A stretch of DNA of 63,204 bases, filler included, from Octopus bimaculoides (GCF_001194135.2; 7 parts of 7 records of this genome joined end to end with filler, not necessarily neighbours in it); one strand, 5' to 3'. Positions 48,120 through 61,915 are shown, counted from the first letter of the whole stretch. Notes: generated by a model from the letters alone, not told the origin. Program-made: numbers and translations.

Positions 48120-48335
48120 GCGAGCAGGCAGAATCGTTAGCACGCCGGACATAACGTTTTGCGGCATTTTCGTCTGTCTTTACGTTCTGAACTCAAATTC
48201 CGTCGAGGTCTACTTTGCCTTTAGTCCCTTCGGGGTCGATAGAATAAGTGTCAGTTGAACACTGGGGCCGATATAGCCGACTATCCCAAACCCCAAAATT
48301 TCACGGCTTGCGCTTGTAGTAGGAACGATTATAAA
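48120..48335 (+). mobile_element. SINE family A, tail type 3
   Basis: GCGAGCAGGCAGAATCGTTAGCACGCCGG...CGGGGTCGATAGAATAAGTGTCAG...CCCCAAAATTTCACGGCTTGCGCTTGTAGTAGGAACGATTAT. Confidence 0.8.
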
Positions 48336-48678
48336 CGTAAATAAAGTTGAGATAAAACAAACTGATTGATAAACGTTTTTTTATTAAAGTCCAGTAGATG
48401 GATAGCTAATCAGATAGCATAATTTTCTGTTAAAGTTAACATGATAAGCTTGCACCAAGTAGAGATATAACTGGGTTATCAGCAGGGACAAGTTCTTATC
48501 TAGCAGATTTACGTAGATTATCATTCTCGTTATTGTCTAGGAATCCCGGAAAAAAAGTGTTACTTTCACTATTTAGGCATACCTCAATTTAAGTCGCTTT
48601 GAGTTACGTCTTTTCCGACCTTACGCCGTGGATTTATCAGCAGGAACTAAATTTGGATCATTTTTATCATAGTCTAAG

Positions 48679-49059
48679 TTGTTGGCACTCCATCGTTTAC
48701 GACGTCGAGGGTTCCAGTTGATCTGATCAACGGAACAGCCTGCTCGTGAAATTAACGTGCAAGTGGCTGAGCATTCCACAGACACGTGTACCCTTAACGT
48801 AGTTCTCGGGGATATTCAGCGTGACACAGTGTGATAAGGCTGACCCTTTGAATTACAGGCACAACAGAAACAGGAAGTAAGAGTGAGAGAAAGCTGTGGT
48901 GAAAGAGTACAGCAGGGTTCGCCACTATCCCCTGCCGTAGCCTCGTAGAGCTTTAGGTGTTTTCGCTCAATAAATACTCAGAACGCTCGGCCTGGGAATC
49001 GAAACCGCGATCCTATGACCGCGAGTCCGCTGCCCTAACCCCTGGGCCATTGCGCCTCC
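48679..49059 (-). mobile_element. Full-length SINE family D
   Basis: Head GGAGGCGCAATGGCCCAGGGGTTAGGGCAGCGGACTCGCGG with B-box-like GTTTCGATTCCC; body and tail as in 9614-9946. Confidence 0.9.
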
Positions 49060-49107
49060 ACCATCGTCTAGGAATCCCAGGAAAAAAGGCGTGTGTTACT
49101 TTCACTA

Positions 49108-49664
49108 TACAGGCATATCTCCTCTTACGTCTTTTCGAGTTACGTCTTTTCGACCTTACGTCGTTCTTAACTATTTAAGCCGGCCATATCCAACCCAAAA
49201 ATTCTACTTATTTTATGTTCAAATTGGCCGAATCCAGCCTCTCACACCTTCCATACAATGTCATTCTAAAGCTAAACAACTACATCATTAAAATCTCGAA
49301 ACTACAATATAATTAAAATTCCAAACAGTGTGAACAAATTAGAATTACATTAGACAAGAGAAATATGAATGCTAAAAGGGAATTTTAATGGTAAAAATAT
49401 ACTTGAACTTCAGTTGGTCTATCTCAGCGAACATATTTTAAAAGCATGTAAAAATTTTAATAAAAAAAAGAAAGCTACCCAGAAAACCAGTGTTAAAGTG
49501 GAAAATCAAATAACATGCATGCGAAAATATGTACAAACCATTTTTTTTGAAACTTATTATATAAGCAAATAAATTTTTACAAATGGTTTTTCGTGTTACG
49601 TCGTTTTACAAGTCAAGTCGCATGTCTTGGCGCCAATTACAAATATAAATTAATGTATGACTAT
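49108..49664. mobile_element. Possible Tigger/pogo-like MITE relic
   Basis: TA|CAGGCATATCTC start resembles pogo/Tigger TIRs; only a weak reverse match exists near 49645-49663. Confidence 0.3.
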
Positions 49665-50189
49665 TTTGTGTTTTTATTGAAAGGTCATGAAAGGGGGTTT
49701 AAGTAAAGAGTGAAGGCTTATATATCGCAAGCATCTTCATGAATTCTCAACATAAGAAAATTATACATTGTTTACTACTTCATCTCTGAACCCAGTTGGT
49801 TGTGAGGCGTCACTGAAGAGCTGGTTCTCATGTAAGCGTTCTTTGAGAGACTAGAATTCAGTATGATTTTGCCCTGGGTGAGTTGGTTTGACCAATAAAA
49901 TGCATCGATCTATGCTATTACAAACAAATCCACCTTATTACTAACAAATCAATTAATTAATTACTGATGTTTGTCATAATTTTTTCGTCAAACAACTGCA
50001 TTTTTTTTTCAGTGATTTCAATGTTTTCTCATTATTTACAACCAGCGCGTGTGTTTATAGGCAACATTACCCATCCGCTTTACAACAGTATCTACGTATG
50101 TATATAAGTGTGTGTGTGTGTGTGTGTCTTTGACTGGCGGTTTTAAATTTAAAGAATCATTGTACATGTACAACACCGACTTTCTACAC

Positions 50190-50410
50190 ATTTATTCCTT
50201 TATTGCCCACATAGGGCTAAACAAGGACAGACAAAGGGATTAAATCGAGAATATCGACCCAAGTGCGTAACTGGTACTTAATTTATCGACCCCGAAAGGA
50301 TGAAAGGCAAAGTCGACCTCGGCGGATTTTGAACTCAGAACGTAACGGCAGACGAAATACCGCTAAGCATTTCACCCGGCGTACTAACGATTCTACCAGC
50401 TCACCGATTG
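50190..50410 (-). mobile_element. SINE family A, tail type 1
   Basis: Reverse complement of the family A consensus, including GACTTTGCCTTTCATCCTTTCGGGGTCGATAAATTAAGTACCAGTTACGCAC. Confidence 0.85.
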
Positions 50411-51195
50411 GCAGCTCCGAACCTCTAAATCGCTCTAATTTACGAGAAGGAACTTCAAATTCTCGAGGTCGCCAGACTGTTTCGTAGTAGCTTGTACAGA
50501 CTAGGCTCTTACTCAAACCAGTATTATGATTAAACTAATGTACAAGTACGTGTATTTCATTTAATTATTCGAGTAAATTTAATATTGAATCTAAAATGTG
50601 TTAACCCAGATGACCGCCCCTGGTTCGAAAAAGTCAGTCATCCGAAAAATCGACGTATTATGTCGGCAGCAGAGTGAGTTACTTAGTAAGCAAGTCTTTT
50701 GCGGTGTTTAGTAGTGTTCTGAGTTCAAATCGCCCCGCTATCGACTTCGAGTTTTATCTTTCTGGAGTAGACAAAATAATTGTCATTCTTGTGCGGAGAT
50801 GCGTGATTCACTGTAAATCTTATAAAATTTTTATCCTTGTTCGTAAGTTAGAAATCTTTACTAATTATTTTGAGACGTGACAAATTTAATTGGAATTCAA
50901 TTTTAGTTCAAATTTGATGACAGATGAAGCTAAATCCCACATAAGTAACGTAAGTATTAATTATGTCATAGAAAATATTTTTCAACACTACTCAAGTAGT
51001 AATATGACTATCGGAGTTCACTTTTGCATCCGATTAGCAATTTTAGCTTTATAACGTATATATGTACCAGCATGCACACATACTTTAATATGTATATAAA
51101 TACACAGACATTCACACATACATTATAATTTATAATTAACTGATCCTCCTGTATTTTCTGTTACCCAAAGCCAAGAACTTTTCAGTACCTCTTCG

Positions 51196-51239
<44 letters not shown>

Positions 51240-51649
51240 ATATATATACATATATATATATATATAATATATATATATATATACATATATAATATATATA
51301 TACATATATAATATATATATACATATATAATATATATATACATNNNNNNNNNNNNNNNNNNNNNNNNNNNNNNNNNNNNNNNNNNNNNNNNNNNNNNNNN
51401 NNNNNNNNNNNNNNNNNNNNNNNNNNNNNNNNNNNNNNNNNNNNNNNNNNNNNNNNNNNNNNNNNNNNNNNNNNNNNNNNNNNNNNNNNNNNNNNNNNNN
51501 NNNNNNNNNNNNNNNNNNNNNNNNNNNNNNNNNNNNNNNNNNNNNNNNNNNNNNNNNNNNNNNNNNNNNNNNNTATATATATATATATAAAAGTATAATA
51601 TATATATATTATATATATGCACATATATATGTATGTATGTATGTATGTA

Positions 51650-51868
51650 TACGAGAAGGTGCTGAAAAGGTTTTGACTTTGGGTAAGAGAAAATACAGAG
51701 GGATCAGTTAACTGTGATTTTATTCAACATATTCCCCTCTCAGAGTCACACACTTATTGTAGGGGTCCATCAGTTTTTCTAAGTCCCTACAAAAGAACTC
51801 AGAAGGTTGAGCCTCCAAATAATCCTTTCATGACACTCTTGACGCCAGGAACTTTTCTACACTTTCTA
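51650..51868 (+). mobile_element. Mariner-type MITE; a second left end lies inverted at 51130-51197
   Basis: TA|CGAGAAGGTGCTGAAAAG left TIR and degenerate right TIR GCCAGGAACTTTTCTACAC; the first ~65 bp are repeated on the minus strand at 51130-51197. Confidence 0.7.
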
Positions 51869-52259
51869 ATGTGTAAAATAAGCATGCATGCGCATGCGTG
51901 TGCCTCACGGCCTGTCTGTCTGTTTAATATACTGTGATAATATAAGTGGAATATGAGCCGCTCAGTATTTTCAAAATCTTCAGTAGTTATCCAATTTCAT
52001 AGGAGTCACGAGTGTAGCAGTATTTGCGTCCTTTACCATTCCCATTCACCTAAACACACGCATGCATGCACATATCTGTCCGCACAGACACGCGCGCGCA
52101 CGCACACACAAACGTATATCCGTATATTGAGTGCGTATACTCTGTAATCCCCAAAACTATGACGGCCAACAGAAATCAGATTTGACTAAAATAAAATACA
52201 TGGACAATCTTCGCAATATACTCTATCAATAAAGATAAGTTTGATCTTCTAAATATTGG

Positions 52260-52327
<68 letters not shown>

Positions 52328-52647
52328 NNNNNNNNNNNNNNNNNNNNNNNNNNNNNNNNNNNNNNNNNNNNNNNNNNNNNNNNNNNNNNNNNNNNNNNNN
52401 NNNNNNNNNNNNNNNNNNNNNNNNNNNNNNNNNNNNNNNNNNNNNNNNNNNNNNNNNNNNNNNNNNNNNNNNNNNNNNNNNNNNNNNNNNNNNNNNNNNN
52501 NNNNNNNNNNNNNNNNNNNNNNNNNNNNNNNNNNNNNNNNNNNNNNNNNNNNNNNNNNNNNNNNNNNNNNNNNNNNNNNNNNNNNNNNNNNNNNNNNNNN
52601 NNNNNNNNNNNNNNNNNNNNNNNNNNNNNNNNNNNNNNNNNNNNNNN

Positions 52648-52850
52648 TGCTTACTAACCACATGGTTCCAGGTTCATTCCCACAGCGTGGCACCTTGGGC
52701 AAGTGTCTTCTACTATAGCCTCGGCAAAAGAAAACGATAGAATAAGTACTAGGCTTCCAAAGAATAAGTCCCGGGGTCGATTTGCTTGACTAAAGGCGGT
52801 GCTCCAGCATGGCCGCAGTTAAATGACTGAAACAAGTAAAAGAGTAAACT
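52648..52850 (+). mobile_element. SINE family B with internal deletion
   Basis: The head segment joins directly CTATAGCCTCGG|CAAAAGAAAACGATAGAATAAGTACT; the middle ~190 bp present at 62390-62580 is missing. Confidence 0.85.
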
Positions 52851-54256
52851 AATAATAACAATAAAATTAAAGTGAGTTTATTGGTAAAATGACCGTCCCA
52901 ATAATAACAATACATACATATATGTGTGTATCTGTATAGGGGTGCGTGCGTATGTGTGCGAGTACTTGTACGTTTGTGTGTAATGATTAGTTTGATCACT
53001 GATAATCAACAACATCGAACCTCTGAGAACACAAGAGCGGAACGGGGTGGTTGCTTACAAAGACCCATGGCAACTTGACCTCTTTCACGAATTCATAAAA
53101 TGAAACACACCCAAAAATATATCCGTCGATACACCCCAACAGATTTATGGTTGGGAGATAGGGGTGTTACCCACTAAACAAAGCAAAATGACTTCTACTA
53201 CTACTAGTTCCTGGTTATACTGGTCAGTGCTTGGTCGAACCAGTAACATGCGAAGCGAAATGTCTTTTACGCCCTGCTGTCAGGCCATAACAGGAAGTTT
53301 GAGCTATAAAACCAAGGACGTGTATCAGGCAGTTCCATGCCAAAGGTGTTAATTAATGTGGTATCTGATAGAGCAAATAAATACCAACCAATTATGGAGA
53401 GTAATATTAAATCGACAATGGCTCCTTTTTAATTTAAATAAATTCAGCATAAATTCGTTGCATTATAACATCTCCTTATATTTTGAGTTCAAATTCTACT
53501 TCGGTCGATTTTGCATTTCAGTGTCGTGAGAATGATAAAATAATTTACAAATATTAGTCACTTAATCAGTTGTTACCTGGTCCTTATAAATCTATGATAT
53601 TGTAATAGACCTTCACTTCTGAGTGCTCAAAAACACATTAGTGGATAGTGGATAAAATTTCTTTATTTGTGCATTAAGGCTACCATTGGTTTCATGTTAA
53701 GAAAAATACCTTAATATCTTAAAAATTTTTCAAGCCAATCACATGGAGAGAGATGGTATTCGTCCCCATATATTTGTGTGTGTGTGTGTGTATGTGCGCA
53801 CGTGTGTGTATGTGTGTGCGTGCGTGTGTAATGCACAACACAGCATGAATCAGCAAATCAGAACAACCGAAAAGAGACTCAAATATTTGCAAGCCTTTAG
53901 CTGTGAGACCAAACTATAGAAATGTAAACGCATTAAAGAATTTCGATCACGACAAAGTTAAATATTTCTTTGTATACTTAAAAGAATAAATCCACAAGCA
54001 GATAAGTAAAATCACGACTAAAAGATATGTCGTAAGAAAGCATTTGTCGTACAAAACTTCTCGTTGATGTAATTTAGACATTGGTGAAACGAGATATGTG
54101 CTATGAAGAGTTCATAACAGCGACAGCATTAAAGAGATAATGTTGGGCTGATAGTAGAGGTTGAAAAGGGAGAGGGGAGACGAAAGTGGGTGAAATTGTT
54201 ACGTTCTATTTGTACATCAACCACATCGGCACTCCTCTTGACGCACACACAGTATG

Positions 54257-54292
<36 letters not shown>

Positions 54293-54392
54293 NNNNNNNN
54301 NNNNNNNNNNNNNNNNNNNNNNNNNNNNNNNNNNNNTTAATTAATTAANNNNNNNNNNNNNNNNNNNNNNNNNNNNNNNNNNNNNNNNNNNN

Positions 54393-54433
<41 letters not shown>

Positions 54434-55097
54434 GATATATGTATGAATGTATGTATGTATATATGAGGAAATCACTCTTCAAACAAAGTATTGCAGTGAT
54501 GTTTGCGTTGATATATAAGCATAAACCTACATGCCTATAAACCATACGTTGAGAGACAACATTATTAGGTTATTGTTGCCATAGCAGTCACTGAACTATG
54601 TCAACCTTTTCTACTGTACATTCCATGTTCATAACTCGATCAATCATTATATCATGACACTGGCTAATTTTCTTTTGTTTTATACTATAACCATTACCTG
54701 ATAACCCACACAATCGGAAGTATGGCTGAAAATAGATATCAATGAATACACGAACGAATTCAACTGTCTAACTATTATATATATTCACGCATATACCTAG
54801 ACGCAACGCGGACAAGTATGAAAAGATAAACGCACATACACATACATCGGTACGACCAATTTTATGCTGGAATATAAAGGTATGTGTGCATACATATTTA
54901 CATGTGTGTGTACGTTTGTGTAAGTACATGTGTGAAGTGAATGCATACATATATTCACACACTCAAGCACACACGCTTATATATATATATATACATATAT
55001 ATATTTATTTATATATATACATATATACATACATATATGTATATGTATGTATAAACATATATATATATATATATAAATACTTATATATATATAGATA

Positions 55098-55153
<56 letters not shown>

Positions 55154-56032
55154 NNNNNNNNNNNNNNNNNNNNNNNNNNNNNNNNNNNNNNNNNNNNNNN
55201 NNNNNNNNNNNNNNNNNNNNNNNNNNNNNNNNNNNNNNNNNNNNNNNNNNNNNNNNNNNNNNNNNNNNNNNNNNNNNNNNNNNNNNNNNNNNNNNNNNNN
55301 NNNNNNNNNNNNNNNNNNNNNNNNNNNNNNNNNNNNNNNNNNNNNNNNNNNNNNNNNNNNNNNNNNNNNNNNNNNNNNNNNNNNNNNNNNNNNNNNNNNN
55401 NNNNNNNNNNNNNNNNNTATATATACATATATATATTTATTTATATATATACATATATATGTTTATATGTATTTATGTATGTGCACGCGTGTGTGAGTGT
55501 GTGGATATTTAACTTCTGTTTCATAAAACGCTTTCTCTACATCTGTTGAAGTATAGCACCCGTTAAATTCTCATTTCATATATTAAGTCCATTTTCAAGT
55601 TTGGTCAATATCTATTTATAAAAGCGGCCTAAACTTATATTTCTGCCTGCATCCATCAATCTTACAATGAAGCTATAATACTTCAGTACGCTCAAATCTG
55701 TCTTTCTTTATAGAATTCTTTGTCACATTGTGCTTTCTAAAGAATACATAAAAATCACGTCATTACATATGTTGTTATATTCACGCACAAAAACAAATAT
55801 GCTGTCGAGAAAAGTTAATTTTCGAATATCAAATATTACTGGTATTGACAGAGCTTGAATATTTCATCTTTACATGAATAAAAACTTTAATTTTAAATCG
55901 AAACTAACAAATAAGATGCAAAATATATACTTATTTAACTGTCTTTTCGTACTTTATAAAAAGGTAATAAAATTTCGCCTCATCTATCTATCTTTATTTA
56001 TTTAATTATATCTATCTTTATTTATTTAATTA

Positions 56033-56069
<37 letters not shown>

Positions 56070-56076
<7 letters not shown>

Positions 56077-57125
56077 AACTGACATCTGACTGTTTAGTAA
56101 TACTTCAAATGTAATTAGTAGCAACTTCTCTTGAAAATGGGCTTAATTTAGCATCGTGGTTGAGAGCCCAAGGATATTCATGCTGACATGTTTGCTACAG
56201 ATTTATCAATGTTTCAATTTTGAGCGGTTGAATTATAGAAGGGAAGGAAAAGTCTTGAAGAAGACCTAAGATCTGGACATCTTGCAACTCCTAGTGCCGA
56301 ATAAATTATTCATCATATTCACTACATGGTGATGGATGACAGGTGATTGATTCTAAATCAAGTAGCCAATTTTATTAGCATATTCCGTGTGAGAGTTGAG
56401 AATATAATGCGCAATAATCTCGGCGTGACAAAGGTGGGTTCAAATGTCTTCTGACATCTGGTCAAAAAAGCACCAGGCTGATCACCACACAGAAATCTGA
56501 TATAGCTTGAGGCACCTCCAGCTGGTTTCCTCGAACGTTTCCTAAACTAGGATAAGTTCTGGGCTCATCACTGAGACAATACATGCAGTGGAAACAGCCC
56601 TTTTCTGCTCTGAAACGGGCAAATTATTTTCATATTGGGTACAGTCTTTAAAAATGCATATGACTTACTAGTACTCAGCATTATTTAATGCTGAGTACTA
56701 TGCCAACCTGGTGAGGCAGTTAAGAAATTAAACGCCTAAGAAAACTGACGATTTGGAAAAATGACAATGCTCCAGTATACCAGTCCTTGGTTTCAATGAA
56801 TGCTGTACGAGACTGTGGCTTTGAACTGGTTGATCAACCTTCCTATTCTCTTGATTTCGCGCCATCAGACTAACATCTGTTACTCAATATAACACTTGGC
56901 TGGGAACCAGTATCGTTGTGAACATGACGTCATATCAGCTGTTGAAGACTTTTCTGACCAACTGGATGAAATATTCTCCACCACTTGGATCAATGCACTG
57001 CTAATTCGAGGGAAGAAAAAACGTATGGACCGCAAGTACGACGATACTGAAAAGTAAATTTGATTCGGTCAGATTCTATGGGAGTATCTTCGTCCGCCCT
57101 TGGTCATTTCGGACGACTTGCGTAT
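56070..57125 (+). mobile_element. Degenerate near-full-length mariner transposon
   Basis: Residual motifs RRGRKSLEEDLRSG, NAEYYANLVRQLR and DNAPVY.SLVSMNAVRDCGFELVDQPSYSLDFAPSD (HDNAP...PYSPDLAPSD), with many stops and frameshifts. Confidence 0.8.
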
Positions 57126-58827
57126 GTGAAAAGCCACTAATATACCTATTCATATTTTACTTTTCTGTTTAGGTTTCGCTTTCAAGTTTATAGCGAAATT
57201 TGCAAACCCTTTCAGAATGGTACTATCCACTACAAAAATGTTCCGCTTAAGCTGTTTCCTTTTGACGTTAGAAAAATAAACAGTTCTGGATAGCGAATTT
57301 CAGATGGCAAATATCCTGTGAAGAAAGCATTTGGTATGTTAGCTAGCAGGGGGGTTGGGGTAGGTGAGGTAGTTATAGTATGAGTTATATATTCAGGAGA
57401 GACACGAGAGTCGGGAAAACTTAGCGTGACACAGACACCATTTTAATTACAGTTTAAAAAATGGGAGATATAGAAGACAGAGTTTTAGGAGGCTTATCTT
57501 AAGGGTGTGTTTGTGGGAGATAGACAGTTGCGTAGGCTTTTTCACTGATGCGCTATAAGGTATCTGTTTGTGCAGTAGCAGTATCATCGCAAAATCAACC
57601 AATAATTAATTTATTCTAACTCGACGCTTTGTGTCTGCAGAGTGGTCTCATATTTGTACGTTAATTTCATGAGCAAGCTAATTAGTTGATCAGATTTCAC
57701 TTAGCTGTTCCTCTAAGCATGTGTCTAGTGGTAGAGATATAAGCGAAGTCACAACCCTATTTGGAAGATGAAAATCTTAACCCAAACCTGAGAATAAACA
57801 TATATTTATTACAAATTTGTACCTATTCAGTTACGGTGATTATCATATGCATATAGTGCAAGTCGCAAGGAGTCCTTATAGAAAGAAGTTTGGGAAATAA
57901 TGTTATGACAGCATTGCTATTTTACATATATAATATCTGTTTATACAAATTTATATGTTTGCTTTGAATGCAGCTGTAAGTGTCATAGTTGCCGGTGTTG
58001 TAGTAGCTGTCGACTATTCGAATATAATTCGCTGACGACTAGATTTATGAACATAATGGATTACGAAATGAAACTTCTACATCACACAGATAAAGCCGAT
58101 AAACAAAAATACTAGAATATTCAGCCTAGTCTCAAACTTAATCATCTTATCTTTAAATTGGCAGCAAAGACATAAAATAGATTTACTGCAAACTCTATCA
58201 GATAGAAGCATATTATGTTGTACTGTCACTTTACAATTGTAAGAAACATAATTTTAAAATTTTAAATCATATTTTATACATTAGATAGTGCCCAGTTCTG
58301 CTGTCTTTAATATTATCGTAGCTAAAATCATTTTTCTGTTTATTTTATTGTTAAATTAATTATAATTAATGAAGAAAGCTAAATCAAACAAAATTCAAAT
58401 TTTCGAGTGTAATGTAGTCAGAAAATCTAATGGGATTTCTATGTTCTAGGAAAAAATAAATAAAACATGCATTGGGATATTCTTAAAAGCTGATTTCGCC
58501 TAACTATAATTCTTGATAAAGACACATTTCTGGTGCCTATTACTACTACCATGTTCCAAATTTTATTGAGTTAGGAATAGGGAGAAATTACAGACATTAA
58601 TCACATAATTAATCACTTCCCAAATAATTTTATTGGTCTTGTTATATATCATTGCAGAGTAGACGAATCCGCTTGTATTTCGATTTTACCGTCCAACGCA
58701 TCGTTTTCATTACCCCCTTCACCCATATCGTCGTTATATCTGATTTTTCATTTTCTTCCACACAGACTTCTACATCCTTCTCCTCCTCCTCCTCATCATC
58801 ATCATCATTATCCTCCTCCTCCTCCTT

Positions 58828-58867
<40 letters not shown>

Positions 58868-58916
58868 NNNNNNNNNNCTCATCATCATCATCATCATCAT
58901 CGTCGTCTTCATCGTC

Positions 58917-58956
<40 letters not shown>

Positions 58957-59474
58957 CGAGATAAGTAAACTTTGTTAAGCGCATTGTTTTCTAGACAAAC
59001 TTGAAAAAAGAAACCTCAGTTATTGGCGAAGACGTGACTATAGCGTTGAAATATTCCACTATAATGTATGTTACATTGTTTTTTATTAATAAAGGTGATA
59101 TAATGATAATTGCTAAAAACGTTTTTGTCTATTTTAAAAGTACTTGTGATCTACATGGACTGGTTTTGTATTTTGAATAACATTTCTCTCTCTTCCTTTG
59201 TGAGTATTTCTATCACTATGTGTGTGTTTATGTGTGTTTGTCTATGTTTATGTCTATGTTACTGTGCATTTCTGTTTACACATTTGTGTATGTGTGCGTG
59301 AGAGGTATGTATTTATTTTTAAGCCGATATAATAACTGGTGCTGCTCTTTCTTATGATATATATCCCGCTAATAAATCTGTGGTTTCATTCAAACAGATT
59401 CATATTTGACATACCTTATGGAAATAAGTTCTAAGAGCTATATGATCGACAAAAAACATAATAGGTTCCGCTCT

Positions 59475-59640
59475 TGAAGGCAGCGAGCTGGCAGAAATGC
59501 TTAGCGGTATTTCGTTTATCTTTACATTCTGAGTTCAAATTCCACCGAGGTCGACTTTGCCTTTCATCCTTTCGGGGTCGGTTAATTAAGTACCCACTTC
59601 CCCCAAAATTTCAGGCCTTGTACCTAGAGTAGAAAACAAT
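59475..59640 (+). mobile_element. SINE family A with internal deletions, tail type 3
   Basis: GAAGGCAGCGAGCTGGCAGAAATGCTTAGCGG...GCCTTTCATCCTTTCGGGGTCG...CCCCAAAATTTCAGGCCTTGTACCTAGAGTAGAAA. Confidence 0.85.
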
Positions 59641-61109
59641 AGCTTCCGCTCTTGTACTATTACAGTCTAATGAAATTACTAAGAAACTAATGGAATACTG
59701 TATGATGTATATTCATGTAGCCTACTCCATCTACCAAACACAACCACTTCATATCCATCATCAGTGTCATCTTCATCATCAACTTCAGCAGCAGCAACAG
59801 CAGCAACAACAGTAGTGGCGATGGTAGTAGTATCAGCAATACAATAATATCAGCTAGAAATACTGCATGATTCGCTTCGTATCATTGTTAAAAGTTTCCA
59901 TATACTTATCAAGATAAATAAATTTACATTCCTTATAATATTTAACAAAGTGCTTTCTATTCAAATACCATGAATAAATTACGTAATTTACTCAGTTTCG
60001 TAAGTATATGGTTGCTTACCGAATTCCCGTTATTTTTATAATACATGCTTGAAAGAGCTTACATCTCCTGTACTCGAAATGGAGTAACGTATTTGCAAAC
60101 TGTTGATAGAAATAACGAGATCAGTTTACCAAACATAGTAAAAGAGTAGATGGATCTACATATATGACAATATGAATTCCAACAATAAATATTTCTCTTA
60201 ACTATAATGACTGTTGATCTATGTTATCGACTGTAGTTCATATAGTGCAAGTACATACCATATCAAAATTTATGTAAATGTTGTTACATGAAGCATGTTA
60301 ATTATCGTAACGTAGTTAATCGTCGCCATATATTGTAGTATTGCAACTATTTATGACGATACTTTTTTACACTATAACCGTGTAGTAACAACAAAATATA
60401 TAAGGAAGCAGGGTAACAACAAGGTAACAATCCAAAAAAACTCTCCACGAACTATACACGAACCAACAAACTATATACCGACAAGCTACCAAAATGACAG
60501 CTTTCAACTTCCTGCAATTAACTCTTACTCTCTCTTTCTCACTCAAATTGCTACTATTTATTGTTGATCGGTCAGTCTATTCTCACAGGGGATGTCGTGA
60601 CTCTCGCCACAAAATCTCCCTTTTAGAGATTCCGACTTCCGTAGGTAACAAAACTTATTTAATATAATATTTTTCCCACACCACTCATTTTTTGAGATTT
60701 TGATTCCCTAGGGAGTTCAAAATCTTTTTCGCTTAGGAACTATTTTCTAAATGTTCAGTTAGTTTACGTTTTCTATTACTGCTCCTTTTAGGCTCAATCA
60801 CTTTTGGCGCTGGCGCAAAGAACGTGTCGTAAAACACTTCAATTGAAATGTCCTCCCTTTCTTCCGTATGTCTAGTTTTTAATTGATGTAGGTGTCATTT
60901 ATGCTCCCATCGTTGGCATTTTATTAAATAAATCCTGTTTCCAAATCGTTTCATCTTTATTCTGTCCCCCCAACCTTCTTTAGACTTCTCGTATATTTTG
61001 AAATGGTCTTCGTCTCTAACATCAAAATGTTTTGTTGATCTTTTTAAATATTTTCTGTACGCTTTTTTCTTCGGCATCTATTTGTCAAAGATAGATTTAA
61101 TTTTCCGAA

Positions 61110-61339
61110 CGAACATTAGCTGTAGCGGCCACGTGCCTGAACTGTCTGCAGGGTTAAATTTTGGTCCGCTTGTTCAAGTCTTGTGAGAATTGTTGCACGT
61201 ATCTCCGCATCTTTTTTTTTTATGCCGTAAGTTCTTGTACAAAAATGAGGCACTTAAACATATCAAGAGATAGTTCCTTCAATTTAAACTTTGCGCACAT
61301 TCGGCTTACGGTTCTGACATACGTTAAAAAGTGTTCATC
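61110..61339 (-). mobile_element. Ty3/Gypsy LTR-retrotransposon gag fragment
   Basis: Minus strand DEHFLTYVRTVSRMCAKFKLKELSLDMFKCLIFVQELTA* then shifted DAEIRATILTRLEQADQNLTLQTV. This matches the recalled K02A2.6-like gag pattern EDF.TYA..VN..CE.FKL.ELT.D.FKCLIFV.GL....D..IR..LL..LE. Confidence 0.7.
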
Positions 61340-61375
61340 GGTCACTGATTTGCAGCAAGCAAAATATCAAAAACG

Positions 61376-61915
61376 GTAGTATGGTTTCGTCCTCCTGCTA
61401 ACGATACATTGTATACAAAGGTTGCAGAAACTTGCACCAATAACAAGCAGGGGAATAATTTGACTGGAGTTAAACTAGTAGTAACATTCAAATGCCACTT
61501 TGAGGTGGTGACTCGCTTTACTGTTTAGTATACGTTACTACTTTATCTCTCCTTGAGATTTTATAACTGGCTATTTTGGTTGTTGCAAATCAGTGACCTG
61601 TGGTCGCTTTGTTTCCAATATATCGTTAGCTGAAGTGTATCTTATCTGGTGCTCGACGCTGAGGATGAGCCAAATAGCTCGAAACTGAGTCAGTCCCGCG
61701 CTCCTGCCAGCTGCTGATGTGTAGTAGGTGTTCGCTCCCCCCTGGTAGCAATATATTGTATAGAAAAGTTGCGGAGAATTACACCGCTAATCAACGGGCG
61801 GAAAACCTGCCTGGGGTTAAACTAGTAGGAACATTCAACTGCCAATGTGGTATGGAGACTCGCGTTACTGTTTACGTTACTGCTCAATCTCTTCTTGAAA
61901 TTTTATAACTAGATG
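61376..61915 (+). repeat. Diverged tandem direct repeat, period ~345 bp (1.6 copies visible before the spacer)
   Basis: Shared anchors GTAGTA (61376 / 61721), GTTAAACTAGTAG (61469 / 61816) and TTTTATAACT (61559 / 61901). Confidence 0.85.
61651..61703 (+). ncRNA. Minimal type I hammerhead ribozyme-like motif
   Basis: CTGAGGA (61659-61665), extra T, stem II GAGC(CAAATA)GCTC, GAAA (61681-61684), palindromic stem III ACTGA-G-TCAGT, and cleavage triplet GTC (61693-61695). Stem I pairing is poor in this copy. Confidence 0.6.

Noticed and set aside
60895-61077. ORF MPKKKAYRKYLKRSTKHF...
   Set aside because: Lies downstream of the decayed gag in a shifted frame, with no recognisable motif; probably part of the LTR-element relic.
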